Part shown: piece by piece, positions 32,717 through 42,101 of the stretch
Numbering within the stretch: the stretch's first letter is position 1
Layout of the letters: every line of letters starts with the position of its first letter
From: Candidatus Margulisiibacteriota bacterium
GTDB taxonomy: Bacteria > Margulisbacteria > Marinamargulisbacteria > JBFWNS01
Length of the DNA stretch: 64,000 nucleotides
NCBI GenBank assembly: GCA_050250935.1
Contig: JBFWNS010000006.1
Span: forward strand, 64,001-128,000
Reading direction: 5' to 3'
Made by a program: the position numbers and the translations under genes
Notes under the pieces: generated by a model
Told to the model about the DNA's origin: nothing
Seen by the model: only the letters and a program-made list of their open reading frames with translations
Databases searched by the model: none

Positions 32717-33175
32717 ATGGGTGCAGAACTAGAAGTTATTTTTGTTAAAGATGTTAAAAACGTAGGGAAATTGGGTCAACGCCGCAAGGTTAGAATGGGA
32801 TTTGCCAAAAATTTCTTGTTTCCAGAAGGCTTGGCGTTGTTGGTGAATAAGGCCAACCTTAGCTATTTCGAATCGATTCGCAAAAAAGAAGAAGCTCGCC
32901 GCGAACAATTGAAAGGTGAAGCTGAAACCCTTAAAACCCAATTGGAAGGCAAAGAAATTACCTTGTCTGCCACCACCCACGACGAAGGCAAATTGTATGG
33001 TTCCATTACCAAATCGGAAGTGGCCAAACAAATCGAAGCGGCCTTTTCGGTGTCTGTGGATAAAAATGACTTGGATATGGCTGAACATATCCGAGAAATT
33101 GGAACTTACACCGTTCGGTTGGTTCCCCATGCTGACGTGGTCATTTCTTTGACCCTTAACGTTAACGCTGCTTAA
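32717..33175 (+). CDS. rplI: 50S ribosomal protein L9
   Basis: VGKLG, GFAKNFLFPEG, GKLYGSIT, IREIG. Confidence 0.95.
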   Translation: MGAELEVIFVKDVKNVGKLGQRRKVRMGFAKNFLFPEGLALLVNKANLSYFESIRKKEEARREQLKGEAETLKTQLEGKEITLSATTHDEGKLYGSITKSEVAKQIEAAFSVSVDKNDLDMAEHIREIGTYTVRLVPHADVVISLTLNVNAA

Positions 33176-34976
33176 GCATCAAGCCCTTTTAAAAACACTT
33201 CCAACAGACCCCGGCATTTACAAGATGATTGATCTTGCCGGGGTCGTTTTGTATGTTGGCAAAGCCAAAAACCTAAAGCGCCGGGTTTCGAGCTATTTTA
33301 ACCGGCATCACGATCATCCCAAGACAGCCGTTTTGGTTTCCAAGATCGAGCATATCGAGGTGATTGTGACCCGCACGGAGCACGATGCCTTGGTGCTGGA
33401 AAGTCAGTTGATTAAGGCCCTTCAGCCCCGATACAACATGGCGCTTAAAGACGACAAACATTATCCGTTTTTAAAGATTACCACCGATCCTTTTCCCCGG
33501 GTGGTTATTGCCCGGTCGGTTGATAAAGACGGGGCCCAGTATTTTGGTCCTTACCCGTCCATTGGGTCTACGACGTTTTTGTTGCGGTTGTTGAACGATA
33601 TTTTTCCGATTCGAGACTGTAAGCAGGCCATAGATTTGGTGGACCTTCAGCCCAAATGTATCAATTTGGATATTGGGCGCTGTTTGGGGCCTTGTGTGTT
33701 CAAACAGATTAAACCCGATTACGATGCCTTGATTCGCGATTTAACCCTGTTGCTTTCCGGCAAAAATGCCGATGTGATGCGCCGACTTGAAGCCGAAATG
33801 AAGCGACAAGCCGAAACCCTGCACTTCGAAGCAGCCGCCAAACTTCGGGATCGGTTGGCCAAACTAGAGCAACTATCGAGCCGGCAAACAGTGTGCTTGA
33901 ACACGGCAGATACGGTGCATGTGTGGGTGGTGGTGGAAAACGAAACCCAGTATTACCTGTTGGTTCAAACCTTGGTTGAGGGGCGCTTGTTGTATCAAAA
34001 AGGGGTTTATTTTGCCAAAGCCGATGGGGATATCGCTTTCTTTTTGGAGCAAGCCGTTTTGGGGTATTTGGAATTTTGCAAACCCGAGCATTATCCAGAC
34101 GAGATTTGGTGTCAGTCGGTGTTTCTGGCGGATTTCGAAGCCATTGTGCCGGTGTTGGTTAAGCCCATTTTGGTGTTGGCTCCCCAGCGTGGCCTTAAAA
34201 AAACAGTGCTCGAAACCGCCGAGAAAAATGCCACCTTGTCCCTGCTTCGGCTTAAAAAATTGCCCACAACCAAACCCAAAAACGATGGGCAAGTTTTGGC
34301 TTTGGCCCAGGATATTTTGCGGCTTAAGGCCCTGCCAGAACGAATTATTGGGTTTGATATTTCTCATTTGCAGGGCACGGATATTGTGGCTTCTGCGGTA
34401 CTCTTTAAAAACGGTCATCCCTATAAAACGGGGTATCGCCATTTTGCGATTAAGTCGGTTAGTGACCAGAGCAACGACCCCAAATCCATGGCAGAAGTGG
34501 TGCATCGGCGGTTGTGGCAGTGTTTGCAAGACGAGGAGCCCTTGCCCCAGCTGTTGTTGATTGATGGCGGCAGAACCCAATTGAATGCCGCTTTAACCGT
34601 GATTCACGACCTGCGCCTGACTGGGGTGGTCGAGGCTGTTGCCTTGGCCAAACGTTGGGAAGAGATCTATTTACCCGGTCGGGATGTTCCGATAAGATTG
34701 GGGTTAAGCCACCCCGTGGTTCATCTGTTTCAACGTGTTCGGGATGAATCGCATCGGTTTGCTGGCCGCCTTCAGGGCAAAAAGCGAACCCAGCGAACGT
34801 TTCGGTCTCGGTTTGATGGCATTCGGGGCCTTGGACCTCGAACCAAACAAAAATTGTTTGGTCTGTATCGAACTTTGGATCAGATGGCGCAGGTTACGGC
34901 CCAGTCTTTGGCTGATGATTTGGGGATTTCCTTGAAGATAGCCGAAGAAATTCAAAACCGATTGAAACAGAAGTGA
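33168..34976 (+). CDS. uvrC: Excinuclease ABC subunit C
   Basis: LPTDPGIY...YVGKAKNL GIY-YIG domain, UVR domain, FDISH, LIDGG, RDESHRFA, HhH. Start inferred at CTG 33168; first ATG is 33225. Confidence 0.95.
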   Translation: MLKHQALLKTLPTDPGIYKMIDLAGVVLYVGKAKNLKRRVSSYFNRHHDHPKTAVLVSKIEHIEVIVTRTEHDALVLESQLIKALQPRYNMALKDDKHYPFLKITTDPFPRVVIARSVDKDGAQYFGPYPSIGSTTFLLRLLNDIFPIRDCKQAIDLVDLQPKCINLDIGRCLGPCVFKQIKPDYDALIRDLTLLLSGKNADVMRRLEAEMKRQAETLHFEAAAKLRDRLAKLEQLSSRQTVCLNTADTVHVWVVVENETQYYLLVQTLVEGRLLYQKGVYFAKADGDIAFFLEQAVLGYLEFCKPEHYPDEIWCQSVFLADFEAIVPVLVKPILVLAPQRGLKKTVLETAEKNATLSLLRLKKLPTTKPKNDGQVLALAQDILRLKALPERIIGFDISHLQGTDIVASAVLFKNGHPYKTGYRHFAIKSVSDQSNDPKSMAEVVHRRLWQCLQDEEPLPQLLLIDGGRTQLNAALTVIHDLRLTGVVEAVALAKRWEEIYLPGRDVPIRLGLSHPVVHLFQRVRDESHRFAGRLQGKKRTQRTFRSRFDGIRGLGPRTKQKLFGLYRTLDQMAQVTAQSLADDLGISLKIAEEIQNRLKQK

Positions 34977-36112
34977 ACATGAGACGAGCCGTTTTTTGGG
35001 GTTTGATAGGCATGATGGTGATGAGCACGGGCTTGTTTGCTGCCGATGCTGCCAAAGAAAAGCTGGATCAAATCAATACCAAAATCGAGAAAAATCGCCA
35101 GAAAATTCAGCAAAAAGAACGCGAAAAGCGCCAGGCTGAAAGGGCCTTGGTTTCGGTTACCCGTGAATTGCGATATACCGAATTGCGTTTAAGTGTTGCG
35201 AAACGAAATCTTAGAGATTCCCAATACAAGGTGGCCGCTACCCGGTCTCAATTGGGGGATCTTCAAAAACAATATAACGATAAAAGTGGCCAATTTTCCC
35301 GCCGCTTGGTGGATATTTATAAAAATAGAAACTTGGGCTTTTTGGAATTTTTGTTTTCTCCTGAACGGTTCGTGTCGTTGGTGGATTCGTCGTATTATTT
35401 TGACCGTATAGTGCGCCAAGATACGGCCCTGATCCAAGACATGAAGGCCCGCTATAAAAACCTCGAAGTGGCCAAAACCCGCTACGAAGCCGAGACCCAA
35501 CGCATTGAAGGGTTAAAGCAACAGATCTCTTCTGAAGAAAGCAATTTGTCGGCCCAGCGTCAAAAACACGCGGGATATGTGTCGGCCTTGGCTTCTGAGA
35601 TCGAGGATATGGAGCGAAAAAATCGGGAGTTGGAGGCATCTTCAGAAGAAATCGCCCGATTGTTAAGGGGAACAACCGGCAAGCACGAGGTTTTGGGGAC
35701 AGGGTCTTTTATTCGCCCCGCCTCTGGGTTTTTGTCGTCCCGATTTGGGGTTCGCAGGCATCCCATTTTTAAACGGTTGATCCGCCACATGGGTGTGGAT
35801 TTTGCTTCGGGTACTGGGACTCCCATTTATGCAGCAGATTCTGGGGTTGTGGTGGTTGCAGGCGCAAAGCCTATTTATCATGGGTATGGGAACATTACGA
35901 TTATTGATCATGGAAACCGGGGTGGAGATTCTCGCCGCTTTTCAACCATTTATGCCCATCAATCGCGGATTGTGGTGTCGGAAGGCCAATCGGTTAAACA
36001 AGGGCAATTGATTGGCTATGTGGGGAGCACCGGCTATGCCACTGGCCCGCATTTGCATTTTGAAGTTCGTATTGACGGGGTTCCGGTGGATCCGTTGCGG
36101 TATTTGCAGTAG
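34973..36112 (+). CDS. Coiled-coil M23 peptidase (EnvC/CwlO-like architecture, catalytic residues intact)
   Basis: Signal peptide, long coiled coil, HMGVD, YAHQS, GPHLHFEVR. Confidence 0.9.
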   Translation: MNMRRAVFWGLIGMMVMSTGLFAADAAKEKLDQINTKIEKNRQKIQQKEREKRQAERALVSVTRELRYTELRLSVAKRNLRDSQYKVAATRSQLGDLQKQYNDKSGQFSRRLVDIYKNRNLGFLEFLFSPERFVSLVDSSYYFDRIVRQDTALIQDMKARYKNLEVAKTRYEAETQRIEGLKQQISSEESNLSAQRQKHAGYVSALASEIEDMERKNRELEASSEEIARLLRGTTGKHEVLGTGSFIRPASGFLSSRFGVRRHPIFKRLIRHMGVDFASGTGTPIYAADSGVVVVAGAKPIYHGYGNITIIDHGNRGGDSRRFSTIYAHQSRIVVSEGQSVKQGQLIGYVGSTGYATGPHLHFEVRIDGVPVDPLRYLQ

Positions 36113-36115
36113 GGC

Positions 36116-37231
36116 TTAAAGCTCTGGCAACTTCACCCATTTGGGTGAGAATTTTGACCATTTCATGGAGACCACGCGGACAAATTTGGCGCCGTCTTCG
36201 TCTTTGAATTCCAAAATGCCGTCCATGAAGTATTTGACGTTGTTTAAGACAATGTCACTGACGGTGCCGTCTTCCATTAAAAACAAGGAGGTGACACCGC
36301 CATAGCTGGTCGAGGTTCTGGAAATTTGTCCCACAAAGCGTTGAACAGAAGGCAGGTCAAAATTGACCAATAGGCTGGAAATTGAGTCGATGACCCGTCG
36401 TCCCCCCAACTTGGTTTGAATCGACTGGCCCAGTTCGGCGCTGGCATCGGAAATGAGGCCAGACAGTTGTGTCAGTTCCAGCATGCCGGTCACAGCAAAT
36501 TTTTCGTTTTCGGGTTGGATGAAGGTGGTCCAGGAATAGGCATCGACGAACCGAATCAGATCGTATTTTTCGAGTTCGGACACTGGCTTTGGCATGGCCG
36601 AGGTTAAGGCTCCACGGATTTGGTCGGGATTGTCATCTACAGCCACAAACAGGCATCGATCGGCATGTGTGAGGCCATCGACCAAAAATTGCCTGCCAAA
36701 CGTGGATTTTCCGCTGCCGAAAGCCCCAATCACCAACATATTCGAGCCCACTGGAAATCCGCCGGACAAGGCTTCGTCCAGCTCTGGAATGCGTGTTGAA
36801 ACGGTTTTGATGCTGCTGGTATCGAGGCTTTCTTTGGCCTGATTGCTTTTCTTTTGGTACTTGGTGTAGCGCAACAATAGGGCATTGACCCGGGCTTTGA
36901 GTTCTTCGATTAAAAACGGTTTGGTGATGTAGTCGTCGGCCCCTTCTTCGAACCCGGTTAGTTTGTGAAAATCGTCGTTCATGGCCGACAAAATAATGAT
37001 GGGGGTATCGGCCAAATCGGGGTCTTGGCGGACGGCTTTGCACACATCAAACCCGGTTTTGAAGGGCATTTGGATATCGGTGATGATGAGATCGGGCCTG
37101 ATTTCGAAGGCCAGGCGAATGGCTTCTTGGCCGTCGGCTGCGGTGGTAATGTCCATGGTGTCGCTTTTTAAGCTGGCTTCCAATAAAGCCAAAATGGGCC
37201 GTTCGTCGTCGGCAACCAAAATTTTAAACAT
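36116..37231 (-). CDS. Receiver domain fused to a KaiC/RAD55-like ATPase domain
   Basis: REC (VADDE, TDIQMP, LSAM, TKPF), then IPELDEALSGGFP, GAFGSGKS, VIDSIS, MDGILEF. Confidence 0.88.
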   Translation of the reverse strand: MFKILVADDERPILALLEASLKSDTMDITTAADGQEAIRLAFEIRPDLIITDIQMPFKTGFDVCKAVRQDPDLADTPIIILSAMNDDFHKLTGFEEGADDYITKPFLIEELKARVNALLLRYTKYQKKSNQAKESLDTSSIKTVSTRIPELDEALSGGFPVGSNMLVIGAFGSGKSTFGRQFLVDGLTHADRCLFVAVDDNPDQIRGALTSAMPKPVSELEKYDLIRFVDAYSWTTFIQPENEKFAVTGMLELTQLSGLISDASAELGQSIQTKLGGRRVIDSISSLLVNFDLPSVQRFVGQISRTSTSYGGVTSLFLMEDGTVSDIVLNNVKYFMDGILEFKDEDGAKFVRVVSMKWSKFSPKWVKLPEL

Positions 37232-37232
37232 G

Positions 37233-37934
37233 CTAGATGGGCTGGCGGATCACGATGCCGCGGTTGGGAAGGATGTCGAAACTGTATTCGGTAAGGTCGA
37301 TTTTGGTGGCCCGCATTTTTCGTAGCCGAATGGTGCGGATGAACTTGTTATTGAGTTTGGTAAGCTTTAATAAAATAATGCCCGAGGCTGCAAATTCTTC
37401 GATGCCGTGGTGGCTGACTTTGTCGGAACCCACGGGAATATAAGAGGTGAGCAAGGTGGTGCAATTGAGATCGTCTTCAATGGCAAAAATAAGTTTGCGA
37501 ATGTATTCGTTGGCTTCTGGCGAGGTCATGCTGGAAAACACCAATGGGGCAATCGGATCGATGGCCATGCGGCCGATGTTCTGGCTTCTGACCAAGTCGA
37601 TAATAAAGCCAATCACGGAATCGGTGTTCACGGGTTGATCGGCTTTGGGCAGAAAATGCGTGGTAATGTCGACCAGCTGAATGTCTTTGTTTTCGAGGTG
37701 GGGCAGAATATTCCATCCCAACGAGGCTGCATCGGCAATGATGTGTTCGGGGCGCTCGTCGATACAAATATAAAGCCCTTTTTTGCCTTGGCGAACGCCT
37801 TCTAGCAAAAACTGGAGGCAAAAAATGGTTTTTCCGGTGCCGGGTTCTCCAGAAATCAGGTAAGAACGGCCTTCGGGGAACCCCCCGTCCAAAAGTTGGT
37901 CAAATGCTTCTATCCCACTTTTGAGCTTATTCAC
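37233..37934 (-). CDS. Single-domain KaiC-family ATPase
   Basis: SGIEAFDQLLDGGFP, GEPGTGKT, QFLLEG, SLGW, IEEF, RKMRAT. Confidence 0.9.
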   Translation of the reverse strand: MNKLKSGIEAFDQLLDGGFPEGRSYLISGEPGTGKTIFCLQFLLEGVRQGKKGLYICIDERPEHIIADAASLGWNILPHLENKDIQLVDITTHFLPKADQPVNTDSVIGFIIDLVRSQNIGRMAIDPIAPLVFSSMTSPEANEYIRKLIFAIEDDLNCTTLLTSYIPVGSDKVSHHGIEEFAASGIILLKLTKLNNKFIRTIRLRKMRATKIDLTEYSFDILPNRGIVIRQPI

Positions 37935-37941
37935 AGTTAAG

Positions 37942-37980
37942 ACTATATCCCTTGTTTTTTTGTGGGGTCAAGGTTATAAA
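37942..37980. promoter_or_regulatory. Overlapping divergent promoters (KaiC-like operon; EamA-aspC-mur run)
   Basis: Minus: TTGACC(37971-37966)-18-TATAGT(37947-37942)-7-GTG. Plus: TTGTTT(37952-37957)-17-TATAAA(37975-37980)-6-ATG. Confidence 0.6.
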
Positions 37981-37986
37981 AGAACC

Positions 37987-38340
37987 ATGTACGCGAAGCT
38001 CTTGGTCGTTATTTTTTTACGAACCTGTACCGATCTTTCTTTTAAGGCTGGCGTCAATCAACTTGATTTTGATTCTTTGGGTTCTTTTGGGCCCAATGTA
38101 AAGCGGATGTTGGTGAACCCCTTTGTGTGGAGCGGGTTGCTGTTTGGGCTGATGAACATGTTGTTCTGGGCTGTTAGTTTGTCCAGTTTCGACCTCAGTT
38201 ATGCCTATCCCTTTTTGAGCATTGTGTATATTGTGATGATGATTGCGGGCAAGTTGCTGTTTGGCGAACACATCGACCGGTATAAGCTGATTGGCCTTCT
38301 CTTTATTGTGGCTGGGGCAGGGATGTTGTTTATCCGATGA
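37987..38340 (+). CDS. DMT/EamA/SMR-family small membrane protein (ArnE/ArnF-like)
   Basis: NPFVWSGL, LSSFDLSYAYPFLS, LFGE; four TM helices. Confidence 0.8.
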   Translation: MYAKLLVVIFLRTCTDLSFKAGVNQLDFDSLGSFGPNVKRMLVNPFVWSGLLFGLMNMLFWAVSLSSFDLSYAYPFLSIVYIVMMIAGKLLFGEHIDRYKLIGLLFIVAGAGMLFIR

Positions 38341-38822
38341 AAAAAATTCTGATTTTTATTTTGCTCCCCATTTTTATGACCGTTTTGGGCGAGCTGATGT
38401 TGAAACATTCTTTGAACAAGATGGGGGTTGCGATTCCCGCTGAAACGGTAGCGGTGTGGGTGGATCGGGTGCATCCGATTGTGCCTCAAATTCCCATGGC
38501 GTGGATTTCGAAGGCGATCGAAGGTGGGCTTCATTTGGCCATTTTGGCATCGCATCTGCCCGTGGTTTTGTCGCTGTTGACCATCGTCGTGGGTGGGGTT
38601 TTGTGGTTGATTGCCATGTCGAAGTTTGAAATTTCGTTTTTGTATCCCTTTTTGAGTATTAATTATTTGGTGATTTTGGCCGGATCGGCTTTGTTTTTGG
38701 GAGAAAAAGTCAGTTTGTATCGCTGCATTTCGGCCACGCTGATTGTGATTGGATTGGTGATTATGTCCCGCAGTCCCAATCGCGAAAAACCCCACGATAG
38801 TCCCGTACAAAAGGAGCCCTAG
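38337..38822 (+). CDS. DMT/EamA/SMR-family small membrane protein (partner subunit)
   Basis: GELMLK, SKFEISFLYPFLS, FLGEKVS; paralog of the upstream gene with an extra insertion. Confidence 0.8.
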   Translation: MKKILIFILLPIFMTVLGELMLKHSLNKMGVAIPAETVAVWVDRVHPIVPQIPMAWISKAIEGGLHLAILASHLPVVLSLLTIVVGGVLWLIAMSKFEISFLYPFLSINYLVILAGSALFLGEKVSLYRCISATLIVIGLVIMSRSPNREKPHDSPVQKEP

Positions 38823-38824
38823 CT

Positions 38825-40018
38825 ATGATTTCTGCCATTGCCAGTCAACTCGAAGATAGCATTACCATCGCCGTGACCTCGCTTGCCAAAAAACTCAAAG
38901 CCGAGGGCAAAGATGTGGTGGGTTTTGGGGCCGGAGAGCCCGATTTCCATACCCCTAAAAATATTCAGACGGCAGGTATCGATGCCATTCAGGCTGGCAA
39001 AACCTGTTATACCCCAGAAAGTGGGATTGTCGAGCTTAAAAATGCCATCTGCGACAAACTCAAACGGGATAATCAATTGGACTATACCCCTGACAACATT
39101 GTGGTGTCTTGCGGAGCCAAACATTCCATCATCAACACCTTGATGGCCTTAATCGATCCCGGCGACGAAATTGTGATTCCTGCGCCTTATTGGGTCAGCT
39201 ATGTGGATCAGGCCAAGTTGGTGTCTGGGGTTGCGGTGATTGTGAAAACTGATGAATCCACAGGCTTCAAAATCACAGCCGACATGCTGCAACGCCACCT
39301 GACCCCGAAGTCCAAACTGTTGATTTTAAACAGTCCCTCTAACCCTACTGGGATGGTCTACAGCAAGGCCGAACTTGAAGCCATTGCCAAGGTGGTAGAA
39401 GCCCATCCCCGACTCTTTGTGATTTCAGACGAAATCTATGAAAAACTCATTTACACCGAGCAACCCCATGTGAGCATTGCCCAGTTGGGGTCTGTGATTA
39501 AAGACCGCACCATTGTGATTAATGGGGTTTCAAAATCCTATGCCATGACCGGATGGCGCATCGGCTATTTGGCGGCTCCTGCCCCCATTGCCAAGGCCAT
39601 TGGTCGCATTCAGGGGCATACAACCTCCAACCCCACCACGCCCTCCCAATGGGCCAGTGTTGAGGCTTTGAATGGGTCTCAGGACGACGTGGCGGTGATG
39701 AAGGCCGAATTCGACCGTCGCCGGCATTACATGGTGGCAACCTTGAATACCATTCCTGGGTTTTCCTGTTTGGAGCCAGAAGGGGCGTTTTATGCGTTTC
39801 CCAATATCTCGGCCCTGTATGGTAAACGTTGTGCCTCTGGAGTCATTGCCAACTCCGCTGATTTTTGTAATTTTTTGTTAAAAGAAGCCTTGGTGGCCTG
39901 TGTGCCTGGTTCTGGATTTGGGGCTGATGCCTACATTCGACTCTCGTATTCCACCTCGATGGCGGATATCGAAAAAGGTTTGGGCCGCATTAAGGCCTGG
40001 GTTGAGGCGCTTCAGTAG
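38825..40018 (+). CDS. aspC: PLP-dependent class I aminotransferase (aspartate aminotransferase-like)
   Basis: GAGEPDF, GAKHS, PYWVSY, NSPSNPTG, DEIY, SKSYAMTGWRIG. Confidence 0.9.
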   Translation: MISAIASQLEDSITIAVTSLAKKLKAEGKDVVGFGAGEPDFHTPKNIQTAGIDAIQAGKTCYTPESGIVELKNAICDKLKRDNQLDYTPDNIVVSCGAKHSIINTLMALIDPGDEIVIPAPYWVSYVDQAKLVSGVAVIVKTDESTGFKITADMLQRHLTPKSKLLILNSPSNPTGMVYSKAELEAIAKVVEAHPRLFVISDEIYEKLIYTEQPHVSIAQLGSVIKDRTIVINGVSKSYAMTGWRIGYLAAPAPIAKAIGRIQGHTTSNPTTPSQWASVEALNGSQDDVAVMKAEFDRRRHYMVATLNTIPGFSCLEPEGAFYAFPNISALYGKRCASGVIANSADFCNFLLKEALVACVPGSGFGADAYIRLSYSTSMADIEKGLGRIKAWVEALQ

Positions 40019-40021
40019 CCG

Positions 40022-40975
40022 ATGCGCTCGGTTGTTCCCCCTTCTGTAGAACTGTTTTTATTGATTGGGCGATATGCTGAGGCCATCGAGCCTGTTTTTG
40101 ATCCCAATCAAGATATTTTTAAGGTTTTAAAAGACAGTTTGCGCTATGAAACGGCGTTTAACAACGCGCCCTATGTGCAGAACAACCCCATGTTGATTAT
40201 CTATTTGCAACTGCTTTTGTTGTTGGCGTTGACGATGTATGGTGGGGTGTTTGTCCCCGAATTAAAACGCCTGAATTTAGAGGATAATGGGGTTACTTTA
40301 CAATGGTCCAATGGGGTGCGGGATCGTTTTACCTTTGGACTTTTTGATGACACGTTTTGCAAGTTTTATCGGTCGGTTTATACCCGGTTGTTTGTTCGGC
40401 TCGAACAGCAGCGCTCGAAGGGCAAAACCGTGCCAACCACCCTGGTGTTTTGGGTGGCCCAGATTTTGAGGGATTATGCCCAGACCCTGGCCTTGGTCGA
40501 AAAACGGGTGGTGTCGATTTATGAGCAAGAAGAAAGCTTGGTTCGGGTGTTTCAAAACGAATTGCAGCCCGATCTGTTGTTTTTAATTATTGCGGCGTTT
40601 CCTTCTGAACAAATCAATGCCATGTTGTTGTATATTCGCCAGTTCTTTCCCCAGGAATTGGTGGTTAAACTTAAAAGTGGGAACCGTGTGAACGTGAATG
40701 CCCTGTGGCAAACCCCCTCTCCAGACATTCGCTATTTGCTTGAGAAAGTGGATTTGTATTTCGACTTGTATTTTACCTCCGAGCAACCCATTATTCGACA
40801 CATTACCCAACTGAAAACCCGGGATTACGTGACTTCGATGCTGGAAAACCCTGCAGTGTTGCAGGTGGTTTTGACGAATTTAAAAGAATTACATGCCAAT
40901 CAAATTCAGGTTCGACAGACGATGTATCAGTTTTTTTTAACCCATTTGGATCGGTTGATTGCCCATGCGCCCTAG
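40022..40975 (+). CDS. Hypothetical mostly helical protein
   Basis: 317-aa ORF tightly packed between aspC and the desulfurase; no motif recognised. Confidence 0.75.
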   Translation: MRSVVPPSVELFLLIGRYAEAIEPVFDPNQDIFKVLKDSLRYETAFNNAPYVQNNPMLIIYLQLLLLLALTMYGGVFVPELKRLNLEDNGVTLQWSNGVRDRFTFGLFDDTFCKFYRSVYTRLFVRLEQQRSKGKTVPTTLVFWVAQILRDYAQTLALVEKRVVSIYEQEESLVRVFQNELQPDLLFLIIAAFPSEQINAMLLYIRQFFPQELVVKLKSGNRVNVNALWQTPSPDIRYLLEKVDLYFDLYFTSEQPIIRHITQLKTRDYVTSMLENPAVLQVVLTNLKELHANQIQVRQTMYQFFLTHLDRLIAHAP

Positions 40976-42101
40976 AATCGATTTGGATGCCAATGCCACC
41001 ACGCCAGTGTGCGAGGCTTCGGCAAAAGCCCTTCAAAAAGCGCTGAAGATTTCGGGCAATCCCTCGAGTTTGCACGGGTTGGGCCAAGTGGCCAAAGCCT
41101 GTTTGGAAGAGGCCCGGGATGCAGTTGCTGGATTCGTCGATGCCCCTGCCGAGGGTGTGTATTTTTGTGGATCGGGTTCCGAGGCCAATAACTGGGTGCT
41201 CAAGTCGGTGTTGGATTTTCGGCGCCGGGGTGAATCGGCCCATGTGGTGATCTCGGCCATCGAGCATTCTTGTGTGATGGAAACTTGTCGCTATTTGGAA
41301 ACTTGGGGGGTGGCGGTGACGGCGGTTCCCTGTTCCGAGTCCGGGGTGATGAATCCTGGGGATATTCAGGCTGCAATCCGTCCCGATACCCGTCTCGTTT
41401 CTGTAATGCTGGCCAATAACGAAACCGGGGCCATTCAACCGATTGCCGAGATGGCGGCTATTGCTCAATCGGCTGGCATTCCTTTTCACACCGATGCGGT
41501 TCAAGCAGCTGGCAAACTGCCGATTTCGTTTCGGGAGTTGGGGGTGGACTATCTGAGTTTATCCGGCCATAAAGTTTATGCCCCCAAAGGCATTGGGGTG
41601 TTGGTGGCCCGGGAATCGGCGTTGTTGGTTCCCCTGATTCATGGCGGTTCTCAAGAAAAAAAACAGCGTGGCGGCACAGAGCCTGTGGCTTTGGCGGCGG
41701 CTTTGGGAGCGGCGGTGACCTGGGTTCAATCTCAGCAAAAATTTCCCTTTGAGGCCCTTAAAAAACGGTTTGTGGCCGGTTTGGCCCAACTGCCGGGCGT
41801 GGGGTTCAATGGGGATCTGGAATGCTGTTTGGACACCACGGTGAATGTCAGTTTTGATGGCATTCGCAGTGATGGCCTGATGATGGCTTTGGATATGGCT
41901 GGCATTGCGGTTTCGACCGGGGCAGCTTGTTCGACCGGCACCATCGAGCCTTCTCATGTGTTGTTGGCCATGGGGTTGTCCAAGGCCAGGTCTTCTTCGG
42001 CCATTCGCTTTAGTTTTGGGCTGTACACCACCGAAGCCGATATCGACCAGACCCTGTCCGTTCTGGGGACCTTGGTTCCCAAATTAAGGCAGTTGTCATG
42101 A
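40965..42101 (+). CDS. Cysteine desulfurase (NifS/IscS family)
   Basis: LDANATTP, GNPSSLH, ANNETG, HTDAVQA, SGHK, STGAACS catalytic Cys. Confidence 0.93.
   Translation: MRPRIDLDANATTPVCEASAKALQKALKISGNPSSLHGLGQVAKACLEEARDAVAGFVDAPAEGVYFCGSGSEANNWVLKSVLDFRRRGESAHVVISAIEHSCVMETCRYLETWGVAVTAVPCSESGVMNPGDIQAAIRPDTRLVSVMLANNETGAIQPIAEMAAIAQSAGIPFHTDAVQAAGKLPISFRELGVDYLSLSGHKVYAPKGIGVLVARESALLVPLIHGGSQEKKQRGGTEPVALAAALGAAVTWVQSQQKFPFEALKKRFVAGLAQLPGVGFNGDLECCLDTTVNVSFDGIRSDGLMMALDMAGIAVSTGAACSTGTIEPSHVLLAMGLSKARSSSAIRFSFGLYTTEADIDQTLSVLGTLVPKLRQLS

Noticed and set aside
34973..36112. Catalytically dead EnvC amidase activator
   Set aside because: The zinc ligands HxxxD and HxH are retained, so envC was not assigned.
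36116..37934. Canonical circadian kaiABC clock or a radA/recA repair gene
   Set aside because: No kaiA/kaiB, no double-domain KaiC or Ser/Thr phosphosites, no RadA zinc finger or Lon domain, and no RecA signature.
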